64,000 nucleotides of DNA from an uncultured bacterium (GTDB lineage Bacteria > Armatimonadota > Hebobacteria > CAIYQO01), in assembly GCA_903928345.1 (NCBI GenBank), contig CAIYQO010000229.1:1351-65350 (forward strand). Reading direction: 5' to 3'. Each line of letters begins with the position of its first letter. Position 1 is the first letter of the stretch. The notes under the pieces are model-generated. The model was not told the DNA's origin and ran no database searches. It saw nothing but the letters and a program-made list of their open reading frames with translations. Below are positions 58,997 to 64,000 of this stretch, in pieces. The position numbers were made by a program, and so were the translations under genes.

Positions 58997-59205
58997 CTTT
59001 GGGAGGGCGAGCGTACCCGCGAGCCACGAGAACAGCGCCGACGGCGAGGTTAGGGCTCGTAGTAACGTCGCAGCGCAGCAAGGCGCGTCTATCACATCGA
59101 AGATGTGAGGGGGCAACGGCCCTTGCTGCGCTGCGAGCCTACTACGAGCCCGATAACTACGACGCTTATCTGTGCGGCTCGCGGGTACGCTCGCCCTCCC
59201 AAACG
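58997..59205. repeat. Family R1 palindromic element, copy 2, directly after the aas stop codon.
   Basis: tttgggagggcgagcgtacccgcgagcc ... ggctcgcgggtacgctcgccctcccaaa, with nested internal inverted repeats (ctcgtagtaacgtcgcagcgcagcaagg / ccttgctgcgctgcgagcctactacgag). Confidence 0.75.
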
Positions 59206-59223
59206 GGGTATACTACACAGCGC

Positions 59224-59445
59224 ATGAAGGACTACCACATCAACATCTTCTATAGCGAGGCGGATGGCGGGTATATCGCGGATATTCCCGATCTGACCTA
59301 TTGCTCGGCGTTCGGCCACACACCGGCGGAAGCGCTGGCGGAGGTCGAGCGCGCCAAGGCCGCCTGGCTGGAAGCCGCGCGCGAGGCCGGCAAGCCCATC
59401 CCGCCGCCGCAGTACCGCCCGGCGATCTATCAGGCGGCAGGCTAA
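59224..59445 (+). CDS. HicB-like / UPF0150-family small protein (putative orphan antitoxin-like).
   Basis: MKDYHINIFYSEADGGYIADIPDLTYCSAFGHTPAEALAEVERAKAAWLEAA matches the HicB_N/UPF0150 fold pattern. No HicA partner is visible nearby. Confidence 0.6.
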   Translation: MKDYHINIFYSEADGGYIADIPDLTYCSAFGHTPAEALAEVERAKAAWLEAAREAGKPIPPPQYRPAIYQAAG

Positions 59446-59544
59446 CCGGCAGGCGCGGGCTTGCCATCACTTTCCCCGCAGTCAACCCTTTTATTGCCCC
59501 ACCCCGTGCCACGCCGCGCGAAAAGCTGTATAATAGGGCTGGCT

Positions 59545-60273
59545 ATGACACCTCTATCCCCGGCACGCATTGCCCTGATCACCGGCGCGGGGCGCGGCAT
59601 CGGTCGCGCCATTGCGCGGGCACTGGCACAGCAAGGTTACCACCTGGCCCTCTCCGCCCGCCGTCGCGCGGGGCTGGAGGAGACCGCCGCGCTGGTGCAC
59701 GACGCCGGCGGCACCACCGACCTTTTCCCCGCCGACCTGTGCGAGCCCGACGCCGCCGCCCGACTGATCGGCGACGTGGTGGCCACGTGCGGCGGGCTGG
59801 ACGTGCTGGTGAACAACGCCGGGCAACTGCTGGTGAAACCCTTCGCCGAGACCACCCTCGAAGAGTTCGACCGCCTGCTCGCCGTCAACCTGCGCGCCCC
59901 TTTCGCCCTTACGAAAACGGCGCTGCCCCACCTTGCGGAGCGCCATGGGGCGGTGATCAACATCGCCAGTAGCGCGGGCAAGCGGTACTACGCCAACCAG
60001 TCCGCCTACTGCGCCACCAAGCACGGTCTGCTCGGGCTGAACAAGGTGCTCGCCAAAGAGTTGCGCGCCCATGGCGTGCGCGTGCATGCCGTCTGCCCCG
60101 GCGGCGTCTACACCGAGATGACGACCCAGCATCAGGCGAACTGGCGCGAAGAAGACCTGATGAGCCCGCACGACGTGGCCGCAGCCGTCGTCTACCTCCT
60201 CGCCCTCTCCCCCCGCGCCACCGTCGATGAGTTGCCCATGCGCCGCGTGCCGGCAGAACCGGTTTGGGGATAA
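59545..60273 (+). CDS. SDR family oxidoreductase.
   Basis: TGAGRGIGRAIA (TGxxxGxG), NNAG, and catalytic S...YxxxK (YCATK). Confidence 0.8.
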   Translation: MTPLSPARIALITGAGRGIGRAIARALAQQGYHLALSARRRAGLEETAALVHDAGGTTDLFPADLCEPDAAARLIGDVVATCGGLDVLVNNAGQLLVKPFAETTLEEFDRLLAVNLRAPFALTKTALPHLAERHGAVINIASSAGKRYYANQSAYCATKHGLLGLNKVLAKELRAHGVRVHAVCPGGVYTEMTTQHQANWREEDLMSPHDVAAAVVYLLALSPRATVDELPMRRVPAEPVWG

Positions 60274-60280
60274 TTTTTTT

Positions 60281-60440
60281 CACCGCAAAGACGCAAAGAA
60301 CGCGAAGGAGGCACAAAGAAAGATTTTCAAAGGGATAAATGCTGCATGAGCGTTGGCCAAGCGCCCTGTTTCTAAGCATGCAAGCACCTCCTTATTTCTT
60401 CTCTTCGCGCAATCTTTGCGTCCTTTGCGCCTTTGCGGTT
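60281..60440. repeat. Family R-D element (CGCAAAGG motifs), copy 2, immediately upstream of the MDR dehydrogenase gene.
   Basis: caccgcaaagacgcaaagaacgcgaaggaggcacaaag ... cgcgcaatctttgcgtcctttgcgcctttgcggtt. Confidence 0.8.
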
Positions 60441-60471
60441 AACTCCGTACCTTATGAGTGAGGAACCAACT

Positions 60472-62235
60472 ATGACCGACTTATTGTCCCGCTATCGCGC
60501 GGCTGAATACGCGCTGCCGACTGAGCAGCGCACGTGGTTTTTGTACGGCGCCGGGATGGAGAACCTGGGTAAGAACGGCCAACCCGTGCCGGACACGGTG
60601 CCGTCGCCCAGTGCCGATGAGCTGCTGGTGCGCTGCGATGCCACCGGGCTGTGCTTCTCGGACATCAAAATCCTCAACCAGGGTGGCGAGCACGTGCGCA
60701 TCAAGCCGCGCGACCTGTCCGTCAACCCCGTCGTGATGGGCCACGAGTCGGTGGTCACCGTGGTGGCGGTGGGCGAGAACCTGCGCGGCAAATTCGCCGT
60801 CGGCGAGCGCTACATCGTGCAGGCGGACATCTACGTCAACGGCAAAACCTTCGCCTACGGCTACGTGCTCACCGGCGCGCTGACCCAGTACGAGACGATG
60901 GGCTGGCAGGTGCTCGACGGTGACGACGGGTGCTACCTGATCCCCGTGAAGCCCTCCACCGGTTATGCCGAGGCCGCCCTCACCGAGCCGTGGGCGTGCG
61001 TGGTGCACAGCTATGTGCTCGAGTACCGCCAGCACGTGAAGCCGGGCGGCGTCACGCTGATGATCGGCGGCACCGGCGCGGAGAAGCTCACGCTGGGCGC
61101 CACCTTCACCGGCCATAAGCCCGCGCGCATCGTGGCGGCGAAACTGCCCGCCGATCTGCTCGCCGCCGTGCAGGCGGTCGGCGCCGAGGTGATCGAGGTC
61201 GCGTGCGGCGACGGCTGCCCCGGCGTGGATGCCCTGGTGGCGCTGCACACCGACGGCGCGGGCTTCGACGATATCATCGTGTGCGGCCAGGTGGGCGACG
61301 ACTGCCTGGAGAAGTTGGCGGGCAAGCTGGCGCGCGCCGGCGTGCTCAACATCGTGTGCGACCAGCCCACCGGACGCGCCTTCGGCGTCGACGTGGGGCG
61401 CGTGCATTACGAGGACTGGTACTACTGCGGCAACCCCGGGCCGGACATCAGCGCCTCCTACGGCGTGCACCGCGTGCCGACGCAGCTCAAGCCCGGCGGC
61501 AGCGCGTGGTTCCTCGGCGCCGGCGGCCCGATGGGGCAGATGCACGTGCAGCGCGCCTGCGAGATGCCCAACGGCCCCAGCGTCATCGTGGCCTCCGACA
61601 TCGATCCCGATCGCCTGCAGGAGCTGCGCGACCGCTTCATCCCCGCCGCGCAGGCCCACGGACGCACGCTGGTGGTGCTCAACCCGAAGGAATACACCCC
61701 CGAAGAGTTCGACCGCAAGCTGTGCGAGTACTCCTCCGGCTGCGGCTTCGACGATGTGGTGGCGCTGGTGCCCGTGCCCGTGCTCATCGAGCAGGCGGCG
61801 GCCCACGTGGGCTACGGCGGGCTGCTCAACGTTTTCGCCGGCGTCGCCCGCGGCACGCTCTGCCAGTTCAAGCTGGAAGACATCTACCAGCGCAACATCC
61901 GCTGGGTCGGCTCCTCCGGCTCGAAGATCAGCGACATGCGCGAGACGCTGCGCCTGGCCGAGAGCGGCGAGCTGCTCACCGGCAACGCCGTGGCGGCCAT
62001 CGGCGGCCTCAACGCCGTCTACCACGGCCTCGAACTGGTCAAAGGCCAGGCGGTGCCGGGCAAGATCGTCATCTATCAGCAGATCGAAGACCTGCCCATC
62101 ACCCGCCTCACCGAGTTGAAGGACACCCTGCCCACCGTCGCCGCCAAGCTGCGCGACGGCAAGTACTGGACCCGCGAAGCCGAAGACGAGCTGCTGCGCC
62201 TGAAGCTGCACCTGCCCGCCGCGGTGGAAGCGTAA
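60472..62235 (+). CDS. Long (about 590 aa) zinc-binding dehydrogenase (MDR) family protein with a C-terminal extension.
   Basis: GHESVVTVVAVGE (GHE motif), CFSDIK, NAD-binding GAGGPMG. Start chosen at ATG 60472 (GAGGAA 6 nt upstream). Confidence 0.7.
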   Translation: MTDLLSRYRAAEYALPTEQRTWFLYGAGMENLGKNGQPVPDTVPSPSADELLVRCDATGLCFSDIKILNQGGEHVRIKPRDLSVNPVVMGHESVVTVVAVGENLRGKFAVGERYIVQADIYVNGKTFAYGYVLTGALTQYETMGWQVLDGDDGCYLIPVKPSTGYAEAALTEPWACVVHSYVLEYRQHVKPGGVTLMIGGTGAEKLTLGATFTGHKPARIVAAKLPADLLAAVQAVGAEVIEVACGDGCPGVDALVALHTDGAGFDDIIVCGQVGDDCLEKLAGKLARAGVLNIVCDQPTGRAFGVDVGRVHYEDWYYCGNPGPDISASYGVHRVPTQLKPGGSAWFLGAGGPMGQMHVQRACEMPNGPSVIVASDIDPDRLQELRDRFIPAAQAHGRTLVVLNPKEYTPEEFDRKLCEYSSGCGFDDVVALVPVPVLIEQAAAHVGYGGLLNVFAGVARGTLCQFKLEDIYQRNIRWVGSSGSKISDMRETLRLAESGELLTGNAVAAIGGLNAVYHGLELVKGQAVPGKIVIYQQIEDLPITRLTELKDTLPTVAAKLRDGKYWTREAEDELLRLKLHLPAAVEA

Positions 62236-62243
62236 AGAAAGAA

Positions 62244-62396
62244 CGAAACCACAGATTACACAGATTTTCACAGATAAGTTGCTCCGCACTGGTCGAGCCA
62301 AGCGGAACAATAGGGAGATCAGCCCGTGAAATCCTTCACTCGGCATCGGTAGATCCCCTAAAAATCAGTGAAAATCTGTGAAATCTGTGGTTTCAC
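62244..62396. repeat. Palindromic element with cacagat(t) tandem motifs (family R-E), immediately downstream of the MDR dehydrogenase gene.
   Basis: gaaaccacagattacacagattttcacagat ... atcagtgaaaatctgtgaaatctgtggtttcacc. A half-copy gaaaccacagatttcacagatttgcacagagtg at 53685-53717 forms the 3' end of the MocA-family gene. Confidence 0.8.
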
Positions 62397-62414
62397 CAAC
62401 GTAAAGGACAACCC

Positions 62415-63191
62415 ATGAACACATTGCAAGGCAAAATTGCCATCGTCACCGGCGCCGGGCAGGGACTCGGCGAAGCCATTGCGCGGCGGTTGGCGGCGGA
62501 GGGCTGCATCGTCGGCGTGGCCGACATGAACGGTCCGGCGGCGGAAGCCGTGGCGGCGTCGCTGCCCGGCGGTATGGCCTTTCCCGTGGACGTGACCAAC
62601 GAGGCGCAGGTGGCGGCGATGGTCGAGGCCGTAGTGGCGAAGCACGGGCGGTTGGACATCATGGTGCCCAACGCCGGCATCCTCATCGCCGAGGGCATCG
62701 AGGACGCCGACGTGGCCAAGTGGCGCAAGGTGATCGACGTCAACCTGATCGGCAACATGATCTGCTGCAAGCACGCCGCGCGCGCCTTCATCGCGCAAAA
62801 GAGCGGCGCCATCGTGGCGATCAACTCGAAGTCCGGCAAAAAGGGCTCCTTCCGCAACAGCGCCTATGCCGCCTCCAAATTCGGCGCCATCGGCCTCATC
62901 CAGTCCGTCGCCCTCGAACTCGCCCCCTACGGTGCCCGCGCCAACGCCATCTGCCCCGGCAACCTGCTCGACGGCACGCTGTGGCAGAACAGCCTCTTCG
63001 AACAGTACGCCAAAAACCGCGGCATGTCGGTGGAGGACGTGAAGAAGCACTACGAAGGCCAGGTGCCCCTGGGCCGCGGCTGCCAGTACGACGACGTCTG
63101 CAACACCGTCGTCTTCCTCGCCAGCGACGCCAGCAGCTACCTCACCGGGCAAGCGCTGAACGTCGACGGCGGGCAGACGATGAGCCCGTAG
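62415..63191 (+). CDS. SDR family oxidoreductase (sorbitol-6-phosphate dehydrogenase-like).
   Basis: TGAGQGLGEAIA, NAG, and S...YAASK catalytic triad. RBS AAAGGA. Confidence 0.8.
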   Translation: MNTLQGKIAIVTGAGQGLGEAIARRLAAEGCIVGVADMNGPAAEAVAASLPGGMAFPVDVTNEAQVAAMVEAVVAKHGRLDIMVPNAGILIAEGIEDADVAKWRKVIDVNLIGNMICCKHAARAFIAQKSGAIVAINSKSGKKGSFRNSAYAASKFGAIGLIQSVALELAPYGARANAICPGNLLDGTLWQNSLFEQYAKNRGMSVEDVKKHYEGQVPLGRGCQYDDVCNTVVFLASDASSYLTGQALNVDGGQTMSP

Positions 63192-63200
63192 GGAAGTATT

Positions 63201-63388
63201 CCCCTTGCCCCGAAGGGGCGCGCGATGCTAGCCACGAGCGGGAGCCCGTGGTCCGACGGCCCGTAAATTCCGAGCCCCGACGGGGCGACAGACGATGTAT
63301 CTGCCGCCCCGTTGGGGGCTCGATTTTCTACGCTACCGGGACCACGGGCTCACGCCCGTGGCTCGCGGGGACGCTCGCCCTCCCAAAG
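63201..63388. repeat. Family R2 element, copy 2, carrying a family R1 terminus (ggctcgcggggacgctcgccctcccaaa) at its 3' end.
   Basis: gccccgaaggggcgcgcgatgctagccacgagcgggagcccgtgg...gagccccgacggggcgacagacg...ctgccgccccgttgggggctcg...ccacgggctcacgcccgtggctcgcggggacgctcgccctcccaaagg. Confidence 0.8.
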
Positions 63389-63393
63389 GAGAA

Positions 63394-64000
63394 CTACTCT
63401 CCCGCCAGCGCCACTGCCAGCACTTGCGGCATGCGTTCGACGAAGTGGAAGGTGAGGGCGGCTTTCACGTGGGCGGGCAGCTCCTCCAGGTCTTTGCGGT
63501 TCTCCTCGGGGAGAATGATGTCGGTGATGCCGGCGCGGTGGGCACCGAGCATCTTCTCCTTGATGCCGCCGACGGGGAGGACGTGGCCGCGCAAGGTGAT
63601 TTCGCCGGTCATCGCCACGGTGCGGCGCACGGGGCGCTTGGACAGCGCGGAGATGAGCGCGGTGGCGAGGGTGATGCCCGCGCTGGGGCCGTCCTTGGGG
63701 GTTTGCCCGTCGGGCACGTGGATGTGGATGTCCGTCTCGGGGAAGAGGGTCACGTCGATACCCAGCTCCTCGGCGTGGCTGCGCGCGTAGCTCAACGCCG
63801 CCTTCGCCGACTCCTGCATCACGTCGCCGAGTTGGCCGGTGAGCTGCAGCACCCCTTTGCCCTTCATCAGGCTCACTTCCACCGCCAGGATGTCCCCGCC
63901 GACGGGGGTCCAGCCGAGACCCGTCGCCGTGCCGATCTCGTCTATCGCGCCGGCCATGCCGAAGCGGTAGCGCACCGCGCCCAGGAAGTCGGGCACGTTC
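63394..64000 (-). CDS. lon: Lon protease. Partial: only the C-terminal S16 proteolytic domain is in the window; the N-terminus lies beyond the window end.
   Basis: DGPSAGITLATALISAL (catalytic Ser) and GGIKEK (catalytic Lys) in the S16 domain. Confidence 0.85.
   Translation of the reverse strand, partial: NVPDFLGAVRYRFGMAGAIDEIGTATGLGWTPVGGDILAVEVSLMKGKGVLQLTGQLGDVMQESAKAALSYARSHAEELGIDVTLFPETDIHIHVPDGQTPKDGPSAGITLATALISALSKRPVRRTVAMTGEITLRGHVLPVGGIKEKMLGAHRAGITDIILPEENRKDLEELPAHVKAALTFHFVERMPQVLAVALAGE

Overview
This is a high-GC (roughly two-thirds G+C) bacterial chromosomal window. Genes are densely packed and there are no rRNA or tRNA genes and no CRISPR array. Three genes encode proteins with a prepilin-type N-terminal cleavage/methylation helix ([23 protein letters not shown]) followed by a DUF1559/H-X9-DG-type domain. 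That family is greatly expanded in Planctomycetota, Verrucomicrobiota and Armatimonadota, so I infer a PVC- or Armatimonadetes-like host (inference only). Housekeeping genes include engB, mutS2, folC, uppS-cdsA, murA, an mlaE-like permease, eda and a partial lon. A polysaccharide cluster carries a CapD-like dehydratase, a Wzx-like flippase, wecB and a GT4 glycosyltransferase. There is also an lplT-aas lysophospholipid recycling pair.

The most coherent functional system is a complete hypF / hdrCBA-mvhDGA-protease / hypA locus at 26.8-37.2 kb, a putative electron-bifurcating [NiFe]-hydrogenase/heterodisulfide-reductase module. It is followed by a DUF1540 Cys/His-rich protein and a convergent TlpA-CcdA thiol-disulfide pair, and the whole block is punctuated by palindromic repeat elements.

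The most striking non-genic signal is the number of intergenic palindromic MITE/REP-like elements. At least ten families are present, several in two or more copies. Copies bracket individual genes, including both zinc-type alcohol dehydrogenases, the hypA-ccdA block and the GH2 mannosidase. Others sit exactly at operon 3' ends. One has replaced the last codons of an oxidoreductase gene.

A clearly AT-shifted (~47% GC) 1.5 kb island at 50.2-51.7 kb carries a TolB-like beta-propeller gene and is probably horizontally acquired. I could not identify a single unambiguous novel system. The best candidates are the repeat-bracketed Hdr-Mvh/DUF1540/TlpA-CcdA locus and the mobile-repeat architecture itself.
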